64,000 bases of DNA, taken from positions 15,919-79,918 of the IMG/VR virus record IMGVR_UViG_2773858042_000003; one strand, written 5' to 3'. Numbering within the stretch: position 1 is the first letter of the stretch; each line of letters starts with the position of its first letter. Positions 27,384 to 36,292 of this stretch are shown here, one piece after another. Source of the DNA: a virus. Its lineage: Duplodnaviria > Caudoviricetes. The notes beneath the pieces were generated by a model. The model did not search any database. It worked only from the letters and a program-made list of their open reading frames with translations, and was not told the DNA's origin. Position numbers and translations under genes: made by a program.

Positions 27384-27656
27384 TCATGCCCAACGACCGT
27401 GAGACTTCGTGACACCGCAATGGACACACGCCGCTTCATCGACATGCGTAAACTGACCGCAGGAGCATTTCTCATATCCGTCGTGGCCCACGTTCAACGC
27501 GGCTTTCGCGATCTCAACAGTGTCAGATGGGCGACAAAAATCGACCGTTTCCTGTCGTCCGGTGTTGTAGGTGTGTTCGTATTCTCGGATGGGGGCTTCT
27601 GCGATCTCCAAGAGCGCAGTCCGCAGTCGAGAGTTTTCAGCGGCGTATGACAGCAT
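27384..27656 (-). CDS. phage-like passenger ORF with C-terminal Zn ribbon
   Basis: RBS AAGGAG; RLRTALLEIA..IAKAAL then CSCG..CVHCG. Confidence 0.6.
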   Translation of the reverse strand: MLSYAAENSRLRTALLEIAEAPIREYEHTYNTGRQETVDFCRPSDTVEIAKAALNVGHDGYEKCSCGQFTHVDEAACVHCGVTKSHGRWA

Positions 27657-27703
27657 GTCCCTAACTCCTTGTTCGTCGGGGCCATTCCCCGTTCACAAGT
27701 AGA

Positions 27704-27732
27704 TATATACCCTCACTTGGCGAGGGAGTCAA
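27704..27732 (-). promoter_or_regulatory. sigma70 promoter of the IS (-35 inside the TIR)
   Basis: TTGACT-N17-TATATA; spacer is itself palindromic (CCCTC..GAGGG). Confidence 0.7.
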
Positions 27733-27749
27733 ATATATAGTTCCCATTT

Positions 27750-27773
27750 AAAGCCCGCTTCGGCGGGCTTTTT
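27750..27773 (+). terminator. intrinsic terminator originally following tRNA-Lys
   Basis: AAAGCCCGC-TTCG-GCGGGCTTT-TT, begins within the TSD. Confidence 0.85.
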
Positions 27774-27846
27774 GCTGTCTGACGCGCAGAACAGAAGCGA
27801 ACATTTGTGACTTGGCCGAAGTCACACGTGTGACTTCGCGCCCGAC

Positions 27847-27861
27847 GTTCCCCTTGCGTTC
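27847..27861 (+). promoter_or_regulatory. alphaproteobacterial LexA (SOS) box
   Basis: GTTC-CCCTTGC-GTTC (GTTC-N7-GTTC), 55 bp upstream of 27917. Confidence 0.6.
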
Positions 27862-27916
27862 ATGGTCGCCCTGGCGCACACCGCGCGCCGGTCGGTGGCG
27901 CGGCCGAGGCGAGGAC

Positions 27917-28282
27917 ATGAACAGGGACAACTGGACGCCGGAGCGTCTGACGCCGCGCGACGTGGTGGTGGATCGACAGATCGTCATCAGCGCCAGTTGC
28001 TCGGGTTGTCGCTATATCGTGGAGATGAACGTCTGGCGGATCGGCGCGCGGATGGCCGACGATCCATTTCAGATCATGCGCTTTCGCTGTCGGCGCTGCG
28101 GCGCCTACGCCACGTCGATCGAGGTCAGCCGGCGAAACAACAGCAGCGGTGAAAAACTGCTGACCATTGCGCTCAAGCCCCGGTTCTGGGACGAAGGGCA
28201 CGACGAAAAGCAGCGCACCGCCTTGGCCCGGCTCAACCGGCCGGACATGCCTCGCCGGTATGGAACTGGATCAGGCGGCTGA
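27917..28282 (+). CDS. zinc-binding protein at the prophage edge
   Basis: CSGC..FRCRRCG; RBS GAGGA. Confidence 0.65.
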   Translation: MNRDNWTPERLTPRDVVVDRQIVISASCSGCRYIVEMNVWRIGARMADDPFQIMRFRCRRCGAYATSIEVSRRNNSSGEKLLTIALKPRFWDEGHDEKQRTALARLNRPDMPRRYGTGSGG

Positions 28283-28544
28283 GCTGGTCGAACAGGTCGC
28301 CCCGGCTCTTGGCCAGGCGGCGGATGCCGGCGCGCCAGTCGGCCGGGATCGAGGCGCCGCCTTCTGTAGGCAGGCCCGGCACGGCGGCGGGACAGCGCAG
28401 CAGCTCGGCCGGCGGCGTCTCGCGCACCGTGCGCACCACGACCTCGGGCGGCGGCGCGACGGCGGGCGGCTTAGCGCAGGCCTGCAAGGTCGTTGACAGC
28501 AGCAGCCCAGTCGCCGCCAACACGATCATCTTTGACTGCCGCAT
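28233..28544 (-). CDS. o-spanin (Rz1-like) lipoprotein
   Basis: Lipobox LQA-C, Pro-rich, PAELLRCP, overlaps the i-spanin end. Confidence 0.75.
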   Translation of the reverse strand: MRQSKMIVLAATGLLLSTTLQACAKPPAVAPPPEVVVRTVRETPPAELLRCPAAVPGLPTEGGASIPADWRAGIRRLAKSRGDLFDQLSRLIQFHTGEACPAG

Positions 28545-29016
28545 CGGCCGCCTCCATTCGGGTGAGGGCGTCGGTCGCCCGTTTGGCATAGACGGCCGCC
28601 AGGGCCGCATCCGCCGCTTGTTTGCCTTCGCGGCGTTCCAGGTCGGCCAGCATGGCGTCCAGGGATCCGCTGCGGACCTGATCGCGGAAGCTGACCAGGG
28701 CGGCGACGCGGCCGTTGCACCGCTTGCCCCAGTCCTTTTGCTTCGAGCCTTCCGGCTGGAACGGCTCGCCGGCCGTGGCGCAGATCTCGCGCGCCTGCGT
28801 CAGCAGCAGGTCGCGATCATCCTTGGCCTGTTCCATCCAGTAGTAGGCCGCCGCGAAGCCGATCATCAGGATCAGCAGTGTCAGGAACTTGCGCTGGGCT
28901 TTTGCCCATTCCCGAAAACCGGCCAGGAAGAACCAGGCCGCGATCCCCGCCACCGGCACGGCGAAGATCGCGAGCGACTTCAGGCCCGCGACGAGAGCGA
29001 AGATCGAGGCCAGCAT
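28471..29016 (-). CDS. i-spanin (Rz-like)
   Basis: N-terminal TM helices followed by a coiled coil. Confidence 0.7.
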   Translation of the reverse strand: MLASIFALVAGLKSLAIFAVPVAGIAAWFFLAGFREWAKAQRKFLTLLILMIGFAAAYYWMEQAKDDRDLLLTQAREICATAGEPFQPEGSKQKDWGKRCNGRVAALVSFRDQVRSGSLDAMLADLERREGKQAADAALAAVYAKRATDALTRMEAADAAVKDDRVGGDWAAAVNDLAGLR

Positions 29017-29018
29017 GA

Positions 29019-29552
29019 TCAGGCCGCCTCAGCCGACAGACGCTCACGCAGCGCATAGCCTTCAAGAGGCCAGAGCTGTTTGATGGCGTCCTCATAGGCG
29101 AAAGTCCGCCCCTTCTCCGCGTCGAAGTTCTCGGGCGAAGCCGGAGCGGATTTGCCGATCACGGTGAAGCCGTTCTCCATCACCAGGATGCAGATCGTCA
29201 GGAGCTTCAGCGGATCGCCGTCGTAGCTGACGGTGTCTTCGGCCGTCGTCACGCCCTGATCGGCGGTGAAGAAGTGCTGTCGCTGGATCTTGCCCTCCAT
29301 ATCCGCGAGCGAGACGCGGGAATGGGTGGCTTTGGATGCGCTGTAGGCTTCCGTCGCCTGAAGGGCTGGCGATGCGGTCGCACCCAGGCCAGCGACAGCC
29401 AACGTCGCCGCCATCATTTCTGGCGCAGCTGCGGCGTGAGCGGCTGCGGCGATCATGGGGGCGGCCTCGGCGGCCGAAAACGAACAAGCTGCAAGCGCGG
29501 CTCCGGCGAAACACAGGCCGATGATGGCAATGATCTTTCGGGTCATGGTCAT
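29019..29552 (-). CDS. N4 Gp49/Sf6 gp66 family protein with signal-peptide-like N-extension
   Basis: TICILVMENGFTVIGKSAPASPENFDAEKG..A...LWPLEGY. Confidence 0.85.
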   Translation of the reverse strand: MTMTRKIIAIIGLCFAGAALAACSFSAAEAAPMIAAAAHAAAAPEMMAATLAVAGLGATASPALQATEAYSASKATHSRVSLADMEGKIQRQHFFTADQGVTTAEDTVSYDGDPLKLLTICILVMENGFTVIGKSAPASPENFDAEKGRTFAYEDAIKQLWPLEGYALRERLSAEAA

Positions 29553-29607
29553 TCCTCAAATGCCGGGAGAGCGCCCGGCTCGCATCCCGCCATTCGGCGG
29601 CGATCTG

Positions 29608-30066
29608 CTAGCCGATCCCCGGCGAATACTTCGTCTTCCCGCCCACCTTGCGCGCGGTCAGCAGCTGCCTGCGCTTGCCGGGACCGAAGCCGACATGCAC
29701 CCACTGATCGAACTCTTCGATGATCTGGTCGAAGTCCTTCAGGTTCTTGGCTAGGAAGGCGGCGACCTGGGCGGGCGTGCCGAACGACGGGCAGATGAAG
29801 TCCACGGCATGGCCGGTGCGGTGCGCGCTGGTCGGCGATCCGCCCACGGCCTTGTTGACCTCGGGGCTGCGATAGCCGGACAGGACGCTGATCGGCCGGT
29901 CGCCCAGCAAGGTCCGCACATGCTCCATGCGGTCGGCCGTCAGGAACAGCTGATCGACGATGTGCGGCGGCGCGATATTGGCGATGCCCTTGCGGGCCGC
30001 CGTGGCGGAATGGGTCATCTCGGCGAGCGAGAAATGCGCCGACAGGCGCTGGGAGGGATTGGTCAA
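29608..30066 (-). CDS. endolysin, peptidase M15 family
   Basis: LSAHFSLAEM, SGYRS..N..VGG..TSAH..G.AVD, WVHVG. Confidence 0.9.
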   Translation of the reverse strand: MTNPSQRLSAHFSLAEMTHSATAARKGIANIAPPHIVDQLFLTADRMEHVRTLLGDRPISVLSGYRSPEVNKAVGGSPTSAHRTGHAVDFICPSFGTPAQVAAFLAKNLKDFDQIIEEFDQWVHVGFGPGKRRQLLTARKVGGKTKYSPGIG

Positions 30067-30317
30067 GGCTCAACTCCTTCGCAGCCCTGGTCGAGGGCAT
30101 AGACAGCGGCATCGTCGAGGGCGCGGTGGATGAAGGTCGTTCCGTTCTCGCTCTCGCGGTTCAGCGCGGAGACAAGCTCCCGCGCGTAAGTCGGCAGGTC
30201 AGAGACCCGATAGGCGCCATAGCCGCGCTGATCCCACACGACGGTGCTGGATGCTTCCAATGTGGCCAGCGGCACGCGGATGACGATTTCCTCGCCTTCG
30301 ATCTTGGCAAGCTCCAT
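30063..30317 (-). CDS. hypothetical protein between holin and endolysin
   Basis: 84 aa, coupled overlaps. Confidence 0.55.
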   Translation of the reverse strand: MELAKIEGEEIVIRVPLATLEASSTVVWDQRGYGAYRVSDLPTYARELVSALNRESENGTTFIHRALDDAAVYALDQGCEGVEP

Positions 30318-30706
30318 CAGCCTTCTCCTTCAGTGTTCGGGGGAACCGGCGCGGCGCCGCGACGCGGAACCCAGCTGCCGAGATTGGTGAAGAACAGTTT
30401 CAGCCCGCCGGACGCGCCGGCGATGAAGGCCTCGCGCAGGGGCTTGTAGGCCTTGAAAGCAAGCGTCCCGACGACGAAGCCGACGGCGTTGATCAGGGGC
30501 AGGGGCCAGTGGAACACATGGCCGGCGGCCGGGACCAGGAAGGCGGCGAAGGTGACGCCCACGGTCCATTGCGCCAGGCGGTCGCGCCAGCCCAGGCCGG
30601 GCTCCCACATTTGACCGATGGCCGCGCCCACGGCGCCCGGCACGAACGGCTCCAGCCAGTGACGCAGACCGTCCAGGATTTCGAGAAGGGCCGGTTTCCA
30701 GTGCAT
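30317..30706 (-). CDS. putative holin
   Basis: Three hydrophobic segments, upstream of the endolysin. Confidence 0.6.
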   Translation of the reverse strand: MHWKPALLEILDGLRHWLEPFVPGAVGAAIGQMWEPGLGWRDRLAQWTVGVTFAAFLVPAAGHVFHWPLPLINAVGFVVGTLAFKAYKPLREAFIAGASGGLKLFFTNLGSWVPRRGAAPVPPNTEGEG

Positions 30707-33140
30707 CAGCCCACGCTCACGACGATTTCGGGACGCCCGTCAGCCAGGACGCGGCGAACGCGACCCAGCCGGATCAGGCTTTGCTCAGGCGTCAGGTCCG
30801 CCGCATTGACGGCCTGGGCGGTGATGCCGCCGCCGGGCGCTTCGACGGGGACCAGATACTGCCCCACGGTCGCGCCCTGGATGTTGACCGGAACCTTGCC
30901 CGCATAGGCGATGCGGTCGAACGGCGCACGCGCCTCGTCCATCACGGCGGACCATCCGGCATAGGCGGCCTGCCAGGCGGGCAGGGTCTCGGTTTCGAAC
31001 ACGGCCTGGGCGGCAGCGACGGCCTCGGCATGGGCCGCCTCGTCTTCAAGACGGATCGCGACGGCCGCCGCCCATTCGGCTTCCAGCCGTGCGGCTTCCT
31101 CGGCGATGTCGGCCTCGATCGCAATCAGGGTCGCCCGCGCCGCAGCCCATTCCGGGTCGGCGCTCAGCATCGCCTCGACCTCGGCGGGGGTCGCCGCCGG
31201 ATCCACGAACGGGACCAGGGCGGCGGTGCGCTCCATCAGCGCCACCTTGGCCTCCAGGCGCTCCTTGGAAACGCGCGGCTGGGGCGGCGTCTTGCCGGGA
31301 TCCGGCGCGCCGGCATAGGCGGGCGGCGTGAAGATCGGACGCTCGGGCGCGGAGGGCAGACCGTCAAACACTTCGTCGCCGCCGCACAGGGCCGGACGCG
31401 TGGACTTGATCTGGAAGCTGATCGCCTGGTCCCAGCGGTCGGTCAGGCGGCCTTCGGCGTCGAAGCCAACCACGTCGCCCTTGATCACGTCGCGGCCGGA
31501 CGCCAGCAGATCGGCGGACTTGCGTTCATATTCCGCATAGTCCGCGCCCGAGGCGTTGACGGTGCCGCCCGCATTGATGGCCCGCCCGGTCACGCTGTCG
31601 GCGCGGACGCGCAGGCCGGTGTTGGCCGCGTTCCCGGCCGCGCCCCGCCCGGTATAGATCTCGACGCCCGAATAGTTGTCGGCCGATGCGAACCGGCCGA
31701 CCATCACGCCGTCCAGGCTGAAGTCGGCTGTGACGTTCAGCTTCGCCGCCCCCAACACCGCCGCCGCGCCGATGGCGACGCCGGCCGTCGAAACCTCCAT
31801 GGCGCTGGTGTTGTCGGCCTTGTCGCGCACCAGCAGGGCGGCGTCCGCGAGGACGAAGCGCCAGCGGCCCGCGCCATCGACATAGGATCGGGCGCGGTCC
31901 ACGCCTGGCCCCTGCCAGGCCGCACCCTTCTGTCGGCCATTGCCGAACAGGACCGCCGCCGTGGTGAAGGTGCCGACCGTCAAGTTCAGCGCCGTGTCCG
32001 CGACCTCGTAATCACCGTTGAACGACAGACCCGCGCCGTTGGCGTTGGTCCCGCCCAGCTTGATGACATTGCCCCAGCTGCCGCCATGGGCGCCGAACTG
32101 GATGCCGGCCCCGGCGATGTTCCAGTTGAAGACGTTGAAATAGGCCCCCGCGCAACCTGCGCCGGGCGTGGTTCCGGGCGTGCCCTGCACATCCCCTTCT
32201 AAGCCCACCAGCTTGCAGCCATTGGCGCCAGGCTTGTTCGAGGCGATGAAGTTCGCCCCGAAACCGACATCGCCCGACTGGCGCGCGTTGACGATCCCCA
32301 TCACGGCGACGCCGTCGGTGTTGGACCCCGCGCCGTCCATGTTGACGACCGACAGGAAGCCCGGTTGCGGAACCTCGACCGGGCTGCTGGCCTCGGGACC
32401 GAATGTGCGCTCCAGCACCAGGCCGCCGCGCACCTTGCCCCCGCCCACTGGCCGGCCTCAAAGGTCGGATCATAGACGCCGGACGACCGGACGAAGTCGG
32501 CGGACATCCTCAGGCCCGGCACGACCGCCTGTGGCCCGGGCGCCAGATCGACGATCTCAAGATTGTCCTTGAAGACCGCCGGATCGTCGGCGTTGTCGCC
32601 GAGCCGGTTCAGCTTGTTCAGCCCATCGAAGTCGTCGGGCCGGGTCCGCGCCACCGGCCGGCCATCGGCCCCGATGGTGATGAACCGCTCGCCGTCCCCC
32701 GGTGCCCAGGCCACTTCGCCGCCGGCGCCCGGCGCCAGCAACAGCGCGCGGTCCAGGTCGTCGCGATCCTCTTCAGCAATCCGCATCTGCTTGTCGAGCG
32801 CACGCTCGGTCGCCCGCGGCTTGTGACCCTCCGTGTCAGGAAGGGCGACGGCCTGACGCCGGGGCGTGCGGCGGCGAAGGATCAGACGGGTTCCTGCGGA
32901 CCACCCGCCGATCGGCGTCAGCGACGGCGACAAAGACACGCTTCCGCCGGAGACGAGCGGGTCTGCGGCCGTCACCGTATAATCGGCTCCGGCGGTCAGA
33001 GGTGCGCCGGCCGCGCCATTGACCTCGATCCACACACGAATATCGCCCGCATCGGCGTATCGCCAGCCGGTCGCGAACGGACCGACAGCCGACCCTGTCA
33101 GGGCATAGGACGTGATCGAGGGCGATGGGGTCGTCGTCAT
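30706..33140 (-). CDS. tail fibre/spike: T7 gp17-like N-domain, beta-rich body, peptidase-G2-type intramolecular chaperone; apparent frameshift near 32438-32446
   Basis: N-part 32301..33140 (GPF..W.Y..DYTV..LRRRTP..ALDK); C-part 30706..32448 (SGADYAE..RIAYAGKVPV). Confidence 0.8.
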
Positions 33141-33167
33141 GGCGCCCACTCTGCCGACGCCACGACA

Positions 33168-33182
33168 GGGGGCGGACGAACC
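33168..33182 (-). promoter_or_regulatory. late-promoter motif TCGTCCGCCCC, copy upstream of tail fibre
   Basis: Motif ends 29 nt before ATG 33140. Confidence 0.6.
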
Positions 33183-33191
33183 GCCGGGCCA

Positions 33192-35924
33192 TCAGGCTCC
33201 GATGGCTTCCGACGGGCTGATGATGAACCCGGCGCCGGTCTGTTCCTCGACCCGGTTTTCATAGCGTTCGACGCTGCCGGGGCTGATGGCCTCCTGGATC
33301 CGGTAGAGCAGCAGATAGTCCAGCGCCGTTCGCGCGTAGAACAGGTTCAGGAACGGCGTGTTGTCCTTAGCGAACCGGAAGCCCGCCGCCGGCACGTCTT
33401 CCAGCCGCTCGGGATCGCCGCTGATCAGGTCGGCCATGATGCCGCGCAGCTTCTCGGCCTCGCCGACGGCGGGACCAGCGAAGGCAGACAGGGTCGCGGG
33501 CATGCCGTTGCGGCTGGCCTCGCCGAAGAAGAAGTCGCCATACAGGCCCAGCCCGCCGCCTTGCAGCAGCGACGCCAGAAACAGCTTGCCGCCCTGGAAC
33601 TCGCCGTCGTCGTCCGTCATCGGCCGCAGCTCGCGGCCCTTGGCGACCTGTTTGGCCTGAAGCGACAGATAGCCCAGCGCCGTGCTGGCCAGGATCAGGT
33701 GGGCGAGGAGGGCGACTGGGGCTTGTCCGGCGTACCCCTTTGCGGCCGGGGCGACGTGACGGCCCATGATCGCGGCCGAAAAGCTCCAGAACTGGGTGAA
33801 GCTGCGCACGGCCTCGCCCCACACGGTGCCGGGCTTGATCCCGCGCGTCATCGCCACCCGCTCGCGCGCCCGCGCCTCGGTCATGGCGTCGTCCAGAACC
33901 CCGCCGACCATGGCCTGCACCCGCACGCGCAAGTCCTCGCGCAGCCGCCGCGCCGCTTCTGGCGTCGCCGCCTCGCCGGACAGGCCCGCCCGCTTGAACA
34001 GGTCGCGGTCCGACACCCCGTCCAGCGCTTCGAAGGTGAAATAGCGGCGATCTTCCGGGTCGGCCGTGTCCGCCGCGTCCAGCGCCGCCTCCCGACGCGA
34101 CCGCATCCCGGCGAACCCCTCAGCCGCCTGTTCCGGTTCGATCAGCCCCTTGCGCACCAGCTCCCAGTCATCGGCCTCGATGCCGTAGCGTTCCAGCGTT
34201 TCGCGCGTCCCGGCGTTCAGCGCGCCCCAGGCGTTCCGAGCCTCGGCCCCCAGATGCGCCGAATACATTTCCGCCACGCCGCGCCGCAGCCCGTCCTGCC
34301 AGAACTCGAACAGGTTGATGCGATAGAAGAACCGCTGCGCCTGCGCCGCCATCCCCAGCGGCCCGTCCGCCGCATGGAAACGCCCTGTCAGGTGCGCCGC
34401 CGCCGACCGCGCGCCTACGTCCAGCAGGTCCGCCGCCGCCTTGCCTTCCGCGCCCTGCATCCGCGTCACGCCCTGGAGCGCGCCGTTATAGCCGTCCAGC
34501 CAGGTCGCGCCCGCGCGCTTCATCGCCGTGGCCGCCAGCGATGTGTCCGACAGGCCCGACAGCACCATGCCGCCCAGCTTGGCCAGCGACTGCTGCAACC
34601 GGATCGACCGGCCGATCATGGCCAGGCGAAGACTGTCCGGCTGGTTGCCCGCGCCGGTCAGCTCGTCGAACTCGGCGCGGCGCTGCGCCCGCATCAGGCG
34701 ATTGGCCGCGCCCGCATCGCCGCGCGCCCGCGCCTCGGCGTGCAGCTTGCCCACGGTGTTTTCGAACATCGCTTCCGGCGCCGGACCCCAGCGGTTCATC
34801 AGGGCCGTGTTGCGCGCCGCCCGTTCCAGCTCGCCCATGGCGTTGGCCAGCAGCGAGCCGCGCCCGAACCGCAGCGCATAGTCGTGCGCGTCGTCCGGCG
34901 TCTTGTAGTGCAGCACCCGGTGCTTCGACACGCTGCGCGCCTTGGACGCGGGCGGGCGAAAATCGCCGATGTCGTCCAGTCCGCCCAGAACCTCGGACTT
35001 GCCGGACACGATGTCGAACCAGACGCGATACAGAAACACCTCGCGCACATCGGCCGCGTCGTCGATCGCGCCGGCGCGGTGCAACGCCTTGGCGTCGTCC
35101 AGCCAACCGTCCTCGACATCGCGCGCCTCGATCCCGGCGAACGTCTCGTCCGCCAGTTTCGGCCGGATGAAGTCGCGCCATTCACGAAACGCCCGGCGGC
35201 TGGCCTTCAGGCTGGCGCCCTTCATGTCCTTGATGGCGCCCAGCCCGCCCGCCTGGAACTCGCGCCAGAAACCGCCGGACACGCGCAGCCGATCATGGCT
35301 CTGCCGCCCGGAATAGCCGTCCAGCCGCCCGATCCACGCCCCCACATCGTTCTGCATCAGCCGGCCCTTTTCGCTCAGGGCGTTCAGCATCTCCGCGACC
35401 TTCAGGGCGTCCGGGTCGCCGGTCGGTGCGATGTCCGCCCCGTTCAGCCGCGACCGCTCGCGCCGGATCGCCCGTTCGAACCCTTCGTCGACGGCGAACC
35501 CAGACAGCTTGTCCATCAGGCCTGCGTCGCGCAGCTGGCGCTCGGCCTCGCCCCACAGCGCAACAGTTCGCGCCCGCGCCTCGGCGTCCACGCTGAACGA
35601 TCCGCCCAGGCCCTGTTTTTCCGACCCGACGTTATAGGCCTTCAGCCGATCCGCCTCGTCCCCGATCGCCGTCATCCCCGCCAGCTGGGCGTCAATCTTC
35701 TGGCTGGCGCGCTGCGACGCGACGCGCAGCCGCTGCTCGCTCAGGCGCGCGAACAGCTCCTCCTTCGTCAACTCGGCCGCCGCTTCCTGGATCGCCGCCT
35801 TATCGAACGCCTCGCCCTTGCGCTGCGCCTTCTTCAGCATCCGGTTCAGGATGTCGTCGATCTGCTCGTCGCTGAAGGCGTCCCCCGTCGCCATGCGGAC
35901 GGGCTGGTGACAAACGCGGCTCAT
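33192..35924 (-). CDS. large internal virion (ejection) protein
   Basis: 910 aa, Ala/Gly/Arg-rich helical, T7 gp16 position. Confidence 0.7.
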   Translation of the reverse strand: MSRVCHQPVRMATGDAFSDEQIDDILNRMLKKAQRKGEAFDKAAIQEAAAELTKEELFARLSEQRLRVASQRASQKIDAQLAGMTAIGDEADRLKAYNVGSEKQGLGGSFSVDAEARARTVALWGEAERQLRDAGLMDKLSGFAVDEGFERAIRRERSRLNGADIAPTGDPDALKVAEMLNALSEKGRLMQNDVGAWIGRLDGYSGRQSHDRLRVSGGFWREFQAGGLGAIKDMKGASLKASRRAFREWRDFIRPKLADETFAGIEARDVEDGWLDDAKALHRAGAIDDAADVREVFLYRVWFDIVSGKSEVLGGLDDIGDFRPPASKARSVSKHRVLHYKTPDDAHDYALRFGRGSLLANAMGELERAARNTALMNRWGPAPEAMFENTVGKLHAEARARGDAGAANRLMRAQRRAEFDELTGAGNQPDSLRLAMIGRSIRLQQSLAKLGGMVLSGLSDTSLAATAMKRAGATWLDGYNGALQGVTRMQGAEGKAAADLLDVGARSAAAHLTGRFHAADGPLGMAAQAQRFFYRINLFEFWQDGLRRGVAEMYSAHLGAEARNAWGALNAGTRETLERYGIEADDWELVRKGLIEPEQAAEGFAGMRSRREAALDAADTADPEDRRYFTFEALDGVSDRDLFKRAGLSGEAATPEAARRLREDLRVRVQAMVGGVLDDAMTEARARERVAMTRGIKPGTVWGEAVRSFTQFWSFSAAIMGRHVAPAAKGYAGQAPVALLAHLILASTALGYLSLQAKQVAKGRELRPMTDDDGEFQGGKLFLASLLQGGGLGLYGDFFFGEASRNGMPATLSAFAGPAVGEAEKLRGIMADLISGDPERLEDVPAAGFRFAKDNTPFLNLFYARTALDYLLLYRIQEAISPGSVERYENRVEEQTGAGFIISPSEAIGA

Positions 35925-36292
35925 GCTGCCCTCACGCTGGTTTCGGGCAGGCCAAGGACAACTGCGCAGACTGTCCGCAGGCTTTGGAGGCCCTGATGGT
36001 CCCGCCAACACAGGTCATAGACGGCGTCGAGGCTGCACCGACCATCGACGCTGAAATGAAAGATCACAGCCCTACGTTCGGCAGCCGTCAGCGGACGCGG
36101 CCCGCTCGCCTGGTCATGGATTTCGGCGACCGCGCCAAACTTATCGAGCGCCGAGACGGGAAAGAGAGCCCAGCGGTCACGACGCCTGTCCACGCACACA
36201 GCAACGAAACCATCCTCGACGGACTTTTTGCATGTCGGGTAGCTGCAGAGGCGGTCTCTTATCAGCCGCGTTTCGGCATGGGTTCGGGTCAT
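35921..36292 (-). CDS. Cys-rich hypothetical protein inserted among ejection genes
   Basis: 123 aa, CSYPTC; ATGA overlaps on both sides; lower GC. Confidence 0.5.
   Translation of the reverse strand: MTRTHAETRLIRDRLCSYPTCKKSVEDGFVAVCVDRRRDRWALFPVSALDKFGAVAEIHDQASGPRPLTAAERRAVIFHFSVDGRCSLDAVYDLCWRDHQGLQSLRTVCAVVLGLPETSVRAA

Larger units (their letters stand above)
26068..27745 (-). mobile_element. IS1595-family insertion sequence with passenger ORFs
   Basis: 22-bp TIRs (26068..26089 and 27724..27745, 2 mismatches), 8-bp TSD, DDE transposase. Confidence 0.95.

Noticed and set aside
27789-27802. Second LexA box GAAC-AGAAGC-GAAC
   Set aside because: Spacer is 6 nt, not 7; it would qualify only if a base is missing from the assembly
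32430-32450. Programmed -1 frameshift in the tail fibre (also considered for 11338 and 15900)
   Set aside because: No canonical slippery heptamer, and the same one-base-loss pattern occurs in unrelated genes
30706-33192. Diversity-generating retroelement at the tail fibre
   Set aside because: No reverse transcriptase motifs and no adenine-mismatched TR/VR pair seen in the window
32403-35996. 1197-aa plus-strand ORF (and similar long ORFs at 2774, 6411, 43154, 50207-region, 51879, 55152)
   Set aside because: Antisense shadows of real high-GC genes; Arg/Ala/Gly-rich translations with no motifs
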